A stretch of DNA of 63,872 bases, filler included, from Octopus bimaculoides (GCF_001194135.2; 4 parts of 4 records of this genome joined end to end with filler, not necessarily neighbours in it), one strand, 5' to 3'; positions 49,986 through 63,340 are shown, counted from the whole stretch's first letter. Numbers and translations are program-made. Notes: generated by a model from the letters alone, not told the origin.

Positions 49986-50649
49986 TTCAGTCCATACATA
50001 CATGTATACATACATACGTAAATACATATGTATATACGTAAGTACATACATACATACATACATACGTACATACGTGCATAGTTATATGTGCGTGGTTTTG
50101 TGTGTTATTACGTGAATGTGCGGAAGTCTTTGTGTGTGCGTGTGTGTGTCTATATATATATGTGTGTGCGTGTATCTATACACTCACACATACACATACC
50201 CCCACGTGTGTATATATGTACATATATACGCACACAGACACACAGATACAGACACAGACAGACAGACACACTCACTCATATACAAATATACACGTATGTT
50301 TGCATGTATATATATATGCATGCATGCAGACACACGTATGTATATTTATGTATATGTGTATATATGTGTATATGTACGTGTGTATCTGTATAGGTGTGCA
50401 GATGTGTGTGACGAGAGCGGATTGAGGATTAGGGTGGAGGGTATATAAAGAAAAGATAAGAAAAACCATAGCAACATCATCCCCCTCCATTCCTCCTCTC
50501 CACCTCAACAGAGATCTTCATTGCTGCTCCACGGCTCTTCTTCCTCTCCATTCTCCAACTCTCCATCCTTCTTCACTTCATTTGGGTCCCTTGAAACAAC
50601 CTCAATAACATTACAACGGCCATCTTCGGTTATGATGACTATAGTGATA

Positions 50650-51070
50650 ATAATCCTTTCTATTATAGGCACAAGGTCAGAAATTCTGGGGAAAGGGACA
50701 AGTTGATGACATCGACCTCAGTACTTGGCTGCTACTAATTTCATCGGCCCAGAAAGAATGAAATGCAAAGTTGACGGAATTTGAATTCAGAGCGTAAATA
50801 CTGACGAAACACTGCTAAGCGTTTTGTCCGGAATGTTAACAATTCTGTCTGCTTGCCGCCTTAATTATAATAATGATCCTTTCTACTATAAGCACAGGGC
50901 CTGAAATTTGTCGGGAGTGGGTAAGTCGATCATATCGACTCCAGTGCTCGACTGGTACTTAAGTTATCGACCCCGAAAGGATGGAAGGCAAAGTCTACCT
51001 CAATGGAATTTGAATTCAGAACCTAAAGATGGACGAAATGCCACTAAGCATTTTGCCCGGTGTGCTAACA
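50650..51070 (-). mobile_element. Two tandem decayed SINE family B copies
   Basis: Two cctttcta.tata.gcac tails, each with core and head remnants. Confidence 0.75.
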
Positions 51071-51091
51071 ACAACAACAACAACAACAACA

Positions 51092-51129
<38 letters not shown>

Positions 51130-51171
51130 AACAACAACAACAAAATAATAATAATGTTTTCAAAATTGAAA

Positions 51172-51540
51172 TTACATAGACAGTATTTTACGTAGTATAT
51201 GGACAGTTCCATTGTGTACTAATTTTTAACTTTCTGCCATTTTTGGATTTCCTGGTATCTGAGCTAGATAGCAACCATCCCCCTTTGATATCATTCTTAT
51301 GAAAACAGGTATTGTTTTAGTCTTGAGGTTCCACAGTTTGCCAATTTCTATTTCAAGATCTTTATACATGCTCAGTTTTTGGTAGGTCTTGACAGATACC
51401 TTCATGTCGATTGGGACTGTCATAACGATTTTTGTCTGAAGTCCTTGAATTTTATGTCTGGCCTATTCGCATCTATATTTTTGTCAGTTTGAACGGTGAA
51501 GTTTCAGAAGAATGAGATGTACTCATTTTCAAGCACTGGA
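51172..51540 (-). pseudogene. R4-clade LINE RLE domain and C-terminus (separate subfamily)
   Basis: VLENE..FTVQTDKNIDANRPDI..MTVPID..KLSMYKDLEIEIGKLWNLKTKTIPV..GTVHILRKILSM*. Confidence 0.85.
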
Positions 51541-51549
51541 TGTAGTTTG

Positions 51550-51552
<3 letters not shown>

Positions 51553-51589
<37 letters not shown>

Positions 51590-51749
51590 GTTCAGTAGTT
51601 TTATTTTTATAACGTGCTTTCACTTCACTACCGAATGCAGCTCTGTGTGCCTTGGGTATGTGCTGTGGTTTGCTGTGGTGCTCTTATGTTTACTGTATTG
51701 AAAGTGTTTTGCGTAGAATGTGTGCAGTACCCAGTAGTGCAATTTTCTA
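51553..51749 (-). mobile_element. Second copy of the R4/Dong 3' end with (TAA)n tail
   Basis: About 6 differences in ~155 bp versus 107-260; encodes KIALLGTAHILRKTLSIQ*. It continues into a gap. Confidence 0.9.
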
Positions 51750-52522
51750 NNNNNNNNNNNNNNNNNNNNNNNNNNNNNNNNNNNNNNNNNNNNNNNNNNN
51801 NNNNNNNNNNNNNNNNNNNNNNNNNNNNNNNNNNNNNNNNNNNNNNNNNNNNNNNNNNNNNNNNNNNNNNNNNNNNNNNNNNNNNNNNNNNNNNNNNNNN
51901 NNNNNNNNNNNNNNNNNNNNNNNNNNNNNNNNNNNNNNNNNNNNNNNNNNNNNNNNNNNNNNNNNNNNNNNNNNNNNNNNNNNNNNNNNNNNNNNNNNNN
52001 NNNNNNNNNNNNNNNNNNNNNNNNNNNNNNNNNNNNNNNNNNNNNNNNNNNNNNNNNNNNNNNNNNNNNNNNNNNNNNNNNNNNNNNNNNNNNNNNNNNN
52101 NNNNNNNNNNNNNNNNNNNNNNNNNNNNNNNNNNNNNNNNNNNNNNNNNNNNNNNNNNNNNNNNNNNNNNNNNNNNNNNNNNNNNNNNNNNNNNNNNNNN
52201 NNNNNNNNNNNNNNNNNNNNNNNNNNNNNNNNNNNNNNNNNNNNNNNNNNNNNNNNNNNNNNNNNNNNNNNNNNNNNNNNNNNNNNNNNNNNNNNNNNNN
52301 NNNNNNNNNNNNNNNNNNNNNNNNNNNNNNNNNNNNNNNNNNNNNNNNNNNNNNNNNNNNNNNNNNNNNNNNNNNNNNNNNNNNNNNNNNNNNNNNNNNN
52401 NNNNNNNNNNNNNNNNNNNNNNNNNNNNNNNNNNNNNNNNNNNNNNNNNNNNNNNNNNNNNCTAAGCATTTTGCCCGGCGTGCTAATGTTTCTGCCAGCT
52501 CGCCGCCTTGTGTGTGCATGTG

Positions 52523-52539
<17 letters not shown>

Positions 52540-52557
<18 letters not shown>

Positions 52558-52800
52558 GTGCATATGTGCGTGTGTTTTTGTGTCTGTGTTTGTCCCCTCC
52601 ACAGTTTGACAACCGCTGTCGGTTTGTTTACATTCCAGTAACTTAGCCGTTCAGAGAAAGAGGACCTATAAGATAAGTACCAGACGTAAAGAAACAAAAT
52701 AAGTACTGGAAACGATCTTTTCGCCTGAAACCGTCAAACTCTTTGCTGTAGCATGGCCGCATTCAAAAGACTGAAACGTGTAGGCGATAAAAGACAAAAG
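52540..52800 (+). mobile_element. SINE family A tail
   Basis: gtttgtcccc..gacaaccg..gtaacttagccgttc..gcatggccgca..gactgaaac. Confidence 0.75.
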
Positions 52801-53097
52801 CCGCTGATATGGAGATAGTATGTCACGGTTGGTTTTTCTCTGATCCTAGGTGCGTCTCTTTCATTAAAATTGACTCAGGGTTAAACAAGAACATTCTCTT
52901 ACTTTGGATAAACAACGCAGTGACTGCGTAATGTGATCTCTATAAGAGAATTCCAGAAAGATCTAACAATTAATTAATTAATTAATTAATTAATTGAATA
53001 ATTAATTAATTGATTTTAATAAAATTAAATAATGCAAATTAAAGCCCAACGGAATTAATTTTGTGGTTGAATGTAGAATTAATTTATCTTTTATCTC

Positions 53098-53329
53098 TAT
53101 TACTTGTTTCAGTCATTGAACTGCGGCCATGCTGGAGCACCGCCTTGAAAGGATTTAGTCGAACGAATCGACCGCAGCACTTATTCATTTTTAATGTCTG
53201 GAACTTTTTCGGTCTCTTTTTGCTGAACTGCTAGTTACGTAAACAAACCAGCATCGGTTGTCAAGTGATGGGGCCTAACACAAGCATAAACGTGCGCGCA
53301 CACATACTCACACAAATAACACACACACA

Positions 53330-53406
<77 letters not shown>

Positions 53407-53575
53407 CAGGCTTCTTTCAGTTTCCGTCTACCAAATCTCCTCACAACTAGGCTTTGATCGGGCTGGTATATAATAGTGGACACTTACCTAAGGTACCAAG
53501 CAGTGGCACTGAACCCGAAACTATGTGGTCGGGAAGAAAGCTTTTAATCACACAGTCACGCCTGCGCCAGCAGAT
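53098..53575 (-). mobile_element. SINE family A with expanded internal (CA)n
   Basis: Tail, microsatellite, CORE and head are present in order. Confidence 0.85.
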
Positions 53576-53697
53576 GTTTTCTTTTTCAATTTGCTTGTCT
53601 TTTTTTACAATTAATTCCAAAATTAAATTTCCATAGAACCGTGGATTGCAGAAAAATATGGATCGCTACGTGAACTCTCAACATCACTCTTTTATTC

Positions 53698-54078
53698 TTT
53701 TACTTGTTTCAGTCATTTGACTGCAGCCATGCTGGAGCACCGCCTTTAGTCGAGCAAATCGACCCCAGGACTTATTCTTTGCGAGCCTAGTACTTATTCT
53801 ATCGATCTCTTTTGCCGAACGGCTAAGTTACGGGGACGTAAACACACCAGTATCGGTTGTCAAACGATGTTGAAGGGACAAACACAGAGACACAAACACA
53901 TACACACATACATATATATATATACATATATACGACGGGCTTCTTTCAGTTTCCGTCTACCAAATTCACTCACAAGGCTTTGGTCGGCCCGAGGCTATAG
54001 TAGAAGGTGCCACTCAGTGGGACTGAGCCCGGAACCATGTGGTTGGTAAGCAAGCTACTTACCACACAGCCACTCTTG
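53698..54078 (-). mobile_element. SINE family A, near full length
   Basis: tacttgtttcagtcatttgactgc..ggctttggtcggcccgaggctatagtagaag..cccggaaccatgtggttggtaagc..accacacagccac. Confidence 0.9.
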
Positions 54079-54942
54079 CGCCTAGTAGAAAAAGTAACTA
54101 AATATCCCTCATCCTCATATCGTTCTGAAACCAATGAAAAGATGATAACAAAAGAGAATGTAGGGATGGATGTACTCCGAACTCGAGACGAAATGTTTGC
54201 GAAACAAATTTTTCGACCGCACAGACATGCGAAACGAAAAATACGAACAAAAAAGCCTAAAAGAAGCAAAGGTCATATCTTGAGTACTTTTGATCATAGA
54301 AAAATAAATGTCTTTCTGTTTGATGTCTTCAGGCATGATTAAATCGACATCATTTTTTATTTTCCAGAAGTCACCACCTCCCTGCTTCCATACTGTGATT
54401 CTGTAGTCTCTATATAAACAGTAATTTATTTTGTTTCCGCACCCAGTAGTCACCAGTTTTACTAGTTTATGTGAAGAATTTATTTTCTACAAGGTTTGTT
54501 TGTACCAAGTCTTAGTTAAGCGGGCGGAACGACATTTAATGCTTTGAAGATTAAAAACAGAAGAAAAAAGAATAGCAAAAAACAAAAACAAAATCAAAAA
54601 CTGCAAAAAATCCTGAAATGGGAAGATATAACTGTTCAAACGCAAATAATATTCTTCGATGACTAATATTCTTTCTTTTAATTATGTTCCATCGGTAAGA
54701 AAGGGAGGCAAGCGGAAGCCAGTGTAGAATAAAATCACAAAATGGTAGAATTAGACTAAGTGTCTAAGATAGATGCTAAGGAGAAGAGTCCCACTAAGGT
54801 AAACACTTAGGCACATTGGACACACGACTTCTACTATAACCCCGGACTGACCAGTGGTTTGTGAGTGGATTTGATAGACGGAAACTGTGTGGATGACTGT
54901 CATGTGTATATACATACATATATAGATATGATGGAGTCTCTC

Positions 54943-55206
54943 GTCGAAGGCGACGTTTGAGCGTTCAGCTTTTTGCCTGCACAAATGATTTGTTTATAGT
55001 GATCAGATGTTCCTGCATCACATTAGCTCACTTTTCCTCCATCAAAACAGGTGCACGGTGTACCAGCACACGTCATGTGTCGAAGTGATTGTGGAGCAAC
55101 GTGAGATGAAGTGTTTTGCTCAAGAATACAACGCACCACCCGGTCTAGCAATTGAAATCATGATCGCTAGATCGTGAGCGCAGCACCCTAACCACTAGGC
55201 CAGGCG

Positions 55207-55208
<2 letters not shown>
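54943..55208 (-). mobile_element. SINE family D
   Basis: Head gcgcctggcctagtggttagggtg, homologous to 37155-37408. Confidence 0.8.
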
Positions 55209-55269
<61 letters not shown>

Positions 55270-55972
55270 NNNNNNNNNNNNNNNNNNNNNNNNNNNNNNN
55301 NNNNNNNNNNNNNNNNNNNNNNNNNNNNNNNNNNNNNNNNNNNNNNNNNNNNNNNNNNNNNNNNNNNNNNNNNNNNNNNNNNNNNNNNNNNNNNNNNNNN
55401 NNNNNNNNNNNNNNNNNNNNNNNNNNNNNNNNNNNNNNNNNNNNNNNNNNNNNNNNNNNNNNNNNNNNNNNNNNNNNNNNNNNNNNNNNNNNNNNNNNNN
55501 NNNNNNNNNNNNNNNNNNNNNNNNNNNNNNNNNNNNNNNNNNNNNNNNNNNNNNNNNNNNNNNNNNNNNNNNNNNNNNNNNNNNNNNNNNNNNNNNNNNN
55601 NNNNNNNNNNNNNNNNNNNNNNNNNNNNNNNNNNNNNNNNNNNNNNNNNNNNNNNNNNNNNNNNNNNNNNNNNNNNNNNNNNNNNNNNNNNNNNNNNNNN
55701 NNNNNNNNNNNNNNNNNNNNNNNNNNNNNNNNNNNNNNNNNNNNNNNNNNNNNNNNNNNNNNNNNNNNNNNNNNNNNNNNNNNNNNNNNNNNNNNNNNNN
55801 NNNNNNNNNNNNNNNNNNNNNNNNNNNNNNNNNNNNNNNNNNNNNNNNNNNNNNNNNNNNNNNNNNNNNNNNNNNNNNNNNNNNNNNNNNNNNNNNNNNN
55901 NNNNNNNNNNNNNNNNNNNNNNNNNNNNNNNNNNNNNAGATGGCCACCAAGTACCACAAACGTTCTTTAGCT

Positions 55973-56310
55973 CAGCGGTTCCCAACCTTTTTGCACAACG
56001 ACCGGTTTCATACAACAGACTTTTCACGGATTAGCGGATCGAGCGCTCCTATTACTGTTACTGTTAGATTATGGGATCAATTTATCGGTGCTTGTACAAA
56101 AAAGAAAAAAAAAAAAGAAAAAAATGTGGATTCGATAAGTCGGGAAAGAGGCAAAGACAAAAGTGGTAATTTTTCAAATGAAAACACCCTGCAAACGGCG
56201 ATATTCAATAAAATAGATATAAAATTTAAAATCTTATCCTTTCTGTGTGGCATTGTACCAAATGATCCGCAGCCAAGTACTGGTCCGCGGCACCGTGAGT
56301 GGAGCCCCTG
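55973..56310. mobile_element. hAT (Charlie-like) MITE
   Basis: Starts CAGCGGTTCCCAACCTTTTT and ends ..ggagcccctg. 8-bp TSD ctttagct / ctttaacc (6/8). Confidence 0.75.
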
Positions 56311-56849
56311 CTTTAACCCATTTGACGTTCCTTCAACCATATTTCCCGCAAGCGTAACCTCACTCAAATTTACAAAATATTAACAATGTTAACGAACAAA
56401 TTGCAAGCAATGATAAAGGATGCTGCATTTTCTCTTTTTAATCCGCCATCATTCGGCCCATTAATCCATCATGTTTTCACATTTCAATACGCCATCTTAT
56501 ATGTCTCCTTGTGTCGCCATGCGTCACTTAAACGAAGGTGTTTATCTGAGCCGTTGCTGGCATTATACTTCCTATTTTCCAGATAAACTATCCGCCATGA
56601 AACAATTTCACTATTCTTCTACACTCTCTTTTCTTTCTCTTTCCGGTTTTCACTTGTTTTCTGTTAATATTCTCTCCTAGTGTAGCGTCCATTGATTTTA
56701 CTGTCTAAACACGCCGGCTTCTCTTTCATATTTTCTTATCTCTCTACGCCTGTATATGCCTACTTTATAGTTCTCTGCTTTGTTTTAGCCATTAAGGATA
56801 CGACCACGCTGGAGCGCTTTCTTATTGTTTTGTTACAGTTTTGTTGACA

Positions 56850-57320
56850 TTCTTATCGCTGTTGTTGTTGCTGTTGTTCTTGTTGGCAATTATGGCGGTG
56901 ATGGTGGTAATCATATCAACAACAGTGATGATGCTGGTGATGACGACGACGACGACGACGACGAGGATGATAATGCTAATGATGATAATAGTAAACATTG
57001 CGAAGGACAATGATGATCATAAAACTTCTTGCTGTGGTTGTTGTCGTCATCGTCCTCCTCGCCTTCCTCCTCCTCGTTCTCCTCCTCCTTGTCCTCATCA
57101 ACATTATCATCATCATTATCAAGTCAACATTACCTTCGTCGTCATCATCGTCATTATCTTCGCCATCATCGTAATCTTCATCACGACCACGACGACGAAA
57201 ACGACGACGACCACCACCACCACCATTATCGCTATTATCCTCCTCCTCCTCCTCCTCTTCATAATCATCACCTACACCACCATCATCATCACCACCATCA
57301 TTATCATCATCATCTCCCCA
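56850..57320. repeat. Cryptic trinucleotide-degenerate tract (GAT/GAC/CAT/CCT/CAC)
   Basis: Direct sequence; source of the His/Pro/Ile-rich pseudo-ORFs. Confidence 0.85.
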
Positions 57321-57684
57321 CCAATCCCACCCAACACGATCTTTCTCACCGACCCACTCAAAAATTTATCACTTTGTGCCATTACATGGAATTTAAAGCG
57401 ATAGATTCGTAGAATTTCGATATCTATTCCGTCTTTTAATTCCAAGTTTAAATCCGGCAAATTACTCGGAGTAATTTAATCAAATTTAATGGACCTTTCA
57501 TTACCCCGCCACCATACAAAAAAGAAAAAAAACATTCTGTCCTGCTGATGCAATAAATTATAATTAATTAGAAATAAATAAACATTTTTATATTAGAAAA
57601 TCCAAGATATATTTAAAGCCTAAAATATATAATACATTATTGTAAAAAATAAGCATATGTAAATACATACTGTTATACTTTTTG

Positions 57685-57741
57685 CCAATCAGCCATGAAA
57701 CGAGCTAAGTGATTGCCTTGGCTCGTTTCATGGTTGATTGG
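57685..57741 (+). ncRNA. Candidate pre-miRNA-like hairpin
   Basis: CCAATCAGCCATGAAACGAGCTAAG-tgattgc-CTTGGCTCGTTTCATGGTTGATTGG: 25 bp fully paired with two G-U wobbles and a 7-nt loop. No family recognised. Confidence 0.4.
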
Positions 57742-57779
57742 TGACTCTTCAGATGTTAAATAACCTCTCATTCCCCTGT

Positions 57780-58186
57780 ATATCCTTTCTATTGTAGGCA
57801 CAAGGCCTGACATTTGTTGGGAGGGGGGTCGTCGATTATATCGACCCCAGCACTTGACTGATACATAAAAGGATGAAAGGCAAAGTCGACCTCGGCGGAA
57901 TTTGAACTCAGAACATAGCAACAGACGAAATACCGCTAAGTATTTCGCCCGGCGGGCAAACGATTCTTATTTCTTTATTGCCCACAAGGGGCTGAACATA
58001 GAGAGGACAAACAAGGACAGACAAATGGTTTAAGTCGATTACATCGACCCCAGTGCGCAACTGGTACTTAATTTATTGACCCAGAAAGGATGAAAAGGCG
58101 GAATTTGAACTCAGAACGTAACGGCAGACGAAATATGGCTAAGCATTTCGCCCGGCGTGCTACCGATTCTGCCGGCGCGCCACCTT
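57780..58186 (-). mobile_element. SINE family B dimer (tail-2 copy fused to tail-1 copy)
   Basis: Same architecture as 13240-13671. Confidence 0.85.
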
Positions 58187-58863
58187 CTCCGTATATGACG
58201 AGAACTGAAGAGGAAACGCTATGAATAGCGTCGTCGCCTTTGTTGTTGTTCAGTCTGTGCTTAACTCTTAGAATCACTGACAGACCTAAGACTGAGCACA
58301 TCGATGCCTAAAAACATTGAAACTGTAACCATTACCTGTATGTTTTTTTAGACATAGTGTATCTAAGACTACATTATTCAATGGATCTTCTTTTGATTTA
58401 GGTGCCATTTCATGGTAATTTTTCTATTTCCAACAGTTTTTATGATCCCGTAGAACTCCTTGCTCGCTTTCGGTGACTTGGAAAATTAATAGGGTTTATT
58501 TTAGAAATGACTTTAAAACATCACGATAAACCATTAACTCTGCGGCACCACAGAAATCTATACATTTATAATCGCCATTTATTGGGGCTTTTCTTTTTAA
58601 CAAAGTAAATATTCCTTATTTTTTTTATTTAAAATTTTATTTATATTAATTTAAATATATTTCCAGCGTATTTTCATTCGTAATAAGAATAGAATTGTAA
58701 ATATTCAAATGAATATCTAGTTATCGCTTGTTCATTGTATCTCGTCTGAATGTCCTTATTTTAAAGAATTTGATTCTATTTTAAAACATACACACACAAA
58801 AAGAAACAACAAAAAAATGAAGTATTATGTATGAACGTAGCTTTGTTTTAGGTATATTATATG

Positions 58864-58950
<87 letters not shown>

Positions 58951-59594
58951 CTATAATACATACATACATAGATATTTAACAAAAATAAAGTAAAAATATT
59001 ATATTAGACAGAATTAAAAAGAAAAATGTAAAATTGTTAGACAGATATTTAACAAAAATAACTTAAAAATCGTTTAGACTGCTGCGCAGAATATCTCGCC
59101 ACCTTCACAACTAGAATTAATAAAATAAACGAAGAACAAAGAAAAAGACAGAAAGAAAAAAGAAGTAAGAAGAAGCCAAGAGACTCTATCGCACCATCAG
59201 CTCCGTATCCTACTCTGCTGTTCGTACAGTAACTGCTATCGTGGTTTGAAACAAACAAGAATACAATTATACATAATGTGCATTATAAACGGTTTTAGAC
59301 GAGTGATTAAATCATAGAAATTTACATTTAAAATGGAATTTAAAAATAACTTCGAGTAATTAGCTTTTAAAATAGTTATGGAAATTAATAGTTTGCAAGT
59401 ACAAGGAAAATATTTGTTTTGTGCGTAGCGTTTAGAAGAGCGCTCAACAAAAGAAAAAACCCCACAAATTTATAATAGTAATGTTTTTGACGTTCCGACT
59501 GTTGTCCCATATCACTGGTTTCTACACCATGGGATATAATTTATATACTCCATGGTGAATATACACTATATTCATTCGAAATAAATACTTTCTT

Positions 59595-59745
59595 GTGGTA
59601 CTTTACGGTTTGAGTTCAAACTCCACTGAGGTTAATTTTGCCTTTAATGCCTTCGGGGTTCAAGGGAGTATCACTCCAGTACGATGGGGTGGAGTCGACG
59701 TATTTCCTTCCCTCAAAACCGTCGGCATCATGCTTAATTTAGAAA
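59595..59745 (+). mobile_element. SINE family B, decayed
   Basis: gagttcaaactccactgaggtt..ttttgcctttaat.ccttcggggt. Confidence 0.65.
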
Positions 59746-59759
59746 CCATCTTCTTTTTT

Positions 59760-60350
<591 letters not shown>

Positions 60351-60649
60351 AATAATATTCTAACCTTACAGCCTAACCGACTAAACTTAGAAGCGACATC
60401 TCATTGAGTCAAATCATTGGAGCTGAACCCGTTCAACCGAGTTGTTACACCCGAGATTGGATTAACATATCAGAACTGTGTACTGGGATTGAACCTGCGT
60501 GTACCAGCTATGTCAGCCGTCAAATGGGATTAAATTAGTTAATCTGTTTCTATCTTCTCTCTTATTGACGCTGCTGCCATCTGTGAAAAATTTAAACACA
60601 TTACATCACACGTACACCCATACACAAAAATATATGAATGCATACGAAT

Positions 60650-60700
<51 letters not shown>

Positions 60701-61468
60701 TATGCATGCATATATAGATATACACATACATATGAATGCATATGAATGTATCTATCTATCGATCTATCCATACATATATATACATATACATACATACACA
60801 CACACATATATATACATACATACATACATACATATATACATACATATATATATACATACATACATATATATATATGTANNNNNNNNNNNNNNNNNNNNNN
60901 NNNNNNNNNNNNNNNNNNNNNNNNNNNNNNNNNNNNNNNNNNNNNNNNNNNNNNNNNNNNNNNNNNNNNNNNNNNNNNNNNNNNNNNNNNNNNNNNNNNN
61001 NNNNNNNNNNNNNNNNNNNNNNNNNNNNNNNNNNNNNNNNNNNNNNNNNNNNNNNNNNNNNNNNNNNNNNNNNNNNNNNNNNNNNNNNNNNNNNNNNNNN
61101 NNNNNNNNNNNNNNNNNNNNNNNNNNNNNNNNNNNNNNNNNNNNNNNNNNNNNNNNNNNNNNNNNNNNNNNNNNNNNNNNNNNNNNNNNNNNNNNNNNNN
61201 NNNNNNNNNNNNNNNNNNNNNNNNNNNNNNNNNNNNNNNNNNNNNNNNNNNNNNNNNNNNNNNNNNNNNNNNNNNNNNNNNNNNNNNNNNNNNNNNNNNN
61301 NNNNNNNNNNNNNNNNNNNNNNNNNNNNNNNNNNNNNNNNNNNNNNNNNNNNNNNNNNNNNNNNNNNNNNNNNNNNNNNNNNNNNNNNNNNNNNNNNNNN
61401 NNNNNNNNNNNNNNNNNNNNNNNNNNNNNNNNNNNNNNNNNNNNNNNNNNNNNNNNNNNNNNNNNNNN

Positions 61469-61609
61469 GACGATGGTGATGATGATGATGATGATGACGA
61501 TGGTGATGGTGATGATGATGATGACGATGGTGATGGTGATGATGATGATGATGACGATGGTGATGATGATGATGATGATGACGACGATGATGATGATGAC
61601 GATGATGAC

Positions 61610-61644
<35 letters not shown>

Positions 61645-62035
61645 CGATGGTGATGGTGATGACGATGATGACGATGGTGATGGTCTTTTTCTCCTAGTCG
61701 TTGCCGTCTATGATAAGGACAGCAAAAACTAACGTGAGTGGAGAGAGAGGGTGTGCCGGTGGCGGTGCCGGTGGCGGCGCTGGGAATTCTAGTAGTAGTA
61801 GTCGCCTCAGCAGCAGTGGTATTGCTGGTGGTATGTGTTGGTTTATCATGTTTTGATGTTGTGACGATGTGGAGTGGGTGCGATAGTTTAGGTGGTAGCA
61901 CCACGACCACGACCACCGCCACCACCACCACTGTCTGCCATTACGACCATCACCGACACCTCCGTCTTCACTATCACTCACATCCCTACTATCGTCGTCG
62001 TCGTCGTCGTCATCATCATCATCATCATCATCATA
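61469..62035. repeat. (GAT)n-rich and cryptic triplet tract
   Basis: Direct sequence. Confidence 0.9.
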
Positions 62036-62374
62036 AAGAGACACCCACCTACATGCATATACATATGTATATACACACACTCACACACACATGTATATGC
62101 ATGTGTGCGTGTGTGTTTGTATATATATATATATATATATGTATACACATACATACATACATACATACANNNNNNNNNNGAATGTGTGTGTAAATGTCTG
62201 TGTAAATGTGTGTGAGTGTGTGTGTGTGTATGTGTGTGTGTGTAAATATGAATGTGTGTCCTTGTTTTGTAGCATGCGAGTGTTTGTATATGTGTTTGTG
62301 TGTTGTTTGTTCGTGGATGTTTTATGTGCGTTGTCTGTCTGTGTGTCTTTACATGTGTCTATCTTCTCCTATCC

Positions 62375-62526
62375 TTTGTTTCAGTCATTGAACTGCGGCC
62401 ATGCTGGGGCAACGTTTTCAAGAATTTAATCGAAAAAAAGAAGATCGATCCCAGTATTTATTTTAAAAATTTATATCGGTTTATTTTGTCGTACAGCTAT
62501 GTTACAGGCACGTAAACAAACCAGCC
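62375..62526 (-). mobile_element. SINE family A tail
   Basis: ttgtttcagtcattgaactgcggccatgctgggg. Confidence 0.75.
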
Positions 62527-63099
62527 NNNNNNNNNNNNNNNNNNNNNNNNNNNNNNNNNNNNNNNNNNNNTTAATTAATTAANNNNNNNNNNNNNNNNNN
62601 NNNNNNNNNNNNNNNNNNNNNNNNNNTATATATATATATATATACACTTATACCGTCATACACATACATGTATATATATATATATATATAGACACATATA
62701 TGTATGTATGTATATATGTGTGTATGTATGTATGTATGTATGTATGTATGTGTGTATGCGCGTGTGTGTGTGTCTGTATGTTTGTAAGTATATATCACTC
62801 ATAGTTGTCCAAACAATTTTAGGAAACTTAGAGCAAGATAAATTTGCAAGAGGTTAAGAATTAGGCTCCAGATATATTTGCAAGTTTAGATAAACAGACG
62901 TCTGATATTTATTTGCAAACCAGAGGTGATATTTCTTAATATCTAAAAGTCAAATGAATGATCCTGTATTCATCGTGACAATATGGAGTCAAATACGATT
63001 CGATAGATTGAAATCTCTATAGATGTCACCTTTATGGACATAGGTAGAAGTCAGCGTTTCTTTAAATATGTTACTTAATTTCGAAAAATGATGAATATT

Positions 63100-63340
63100 T
63101 AAAAATATTTCTGTTTTTAAAGATTCTCTAACAAATACCGCTTGGTTTATTTTTACGGCGCTCATGTGTACATTTTGATTTGATTCTGCAAAGTGTCTCT
63201 GTGATTATCTTGTTGAAAATGCCAACATGTTGCTTTATCCGGGAGGTGAATATTTCTAATGACTTCGTTACTACATTTCCTAGTAAGTAAGTTGTCTACT
63301 AGAAATTTGATTCTACACTGTTTGCGTACAGTCCATCTCT
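63100..63340 (-). pseudogene. Possible very old GIY-YIG (Penelope/Poseidon-like) relic
   Basis: Minus strand GLYANSVESNF**TTYLLG..SLEIFTSRIKQH and RRKI.QAVFVR; weak motif-level match only. Confidence 0.3.

Noticed and set aside
50505-50638. Minus-strand putative exon IITEDGRCNVIEVV..EDLC*, with a Kir-channel-like DGRCNV
   Set aside because: It ends in a stop with no channel sequence, merges into a purine-rich decayed microsatellite, and its acceptor abuts a SINE tail.
55940-56383. 147-aa ORF
   Set aside because: It runs through a hAT MITE and a poly-A tract from a gap edge.
58205-58232. CTGAAGA-G-GAAAC-GCTAT-GA-ATAGC-GTC hammerhead-like string
   Set aside because: It has core words and a good stem III but no stem II and no stem I pairing next to the core, so it cannot fold as a hammerhead. 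Worth revisiting only if copies with stem II exist.
59525-59557. Small hairpin caccatgg..ccatggtg
   Set aside because: Only an 8-bp clean stem; expected by chance.
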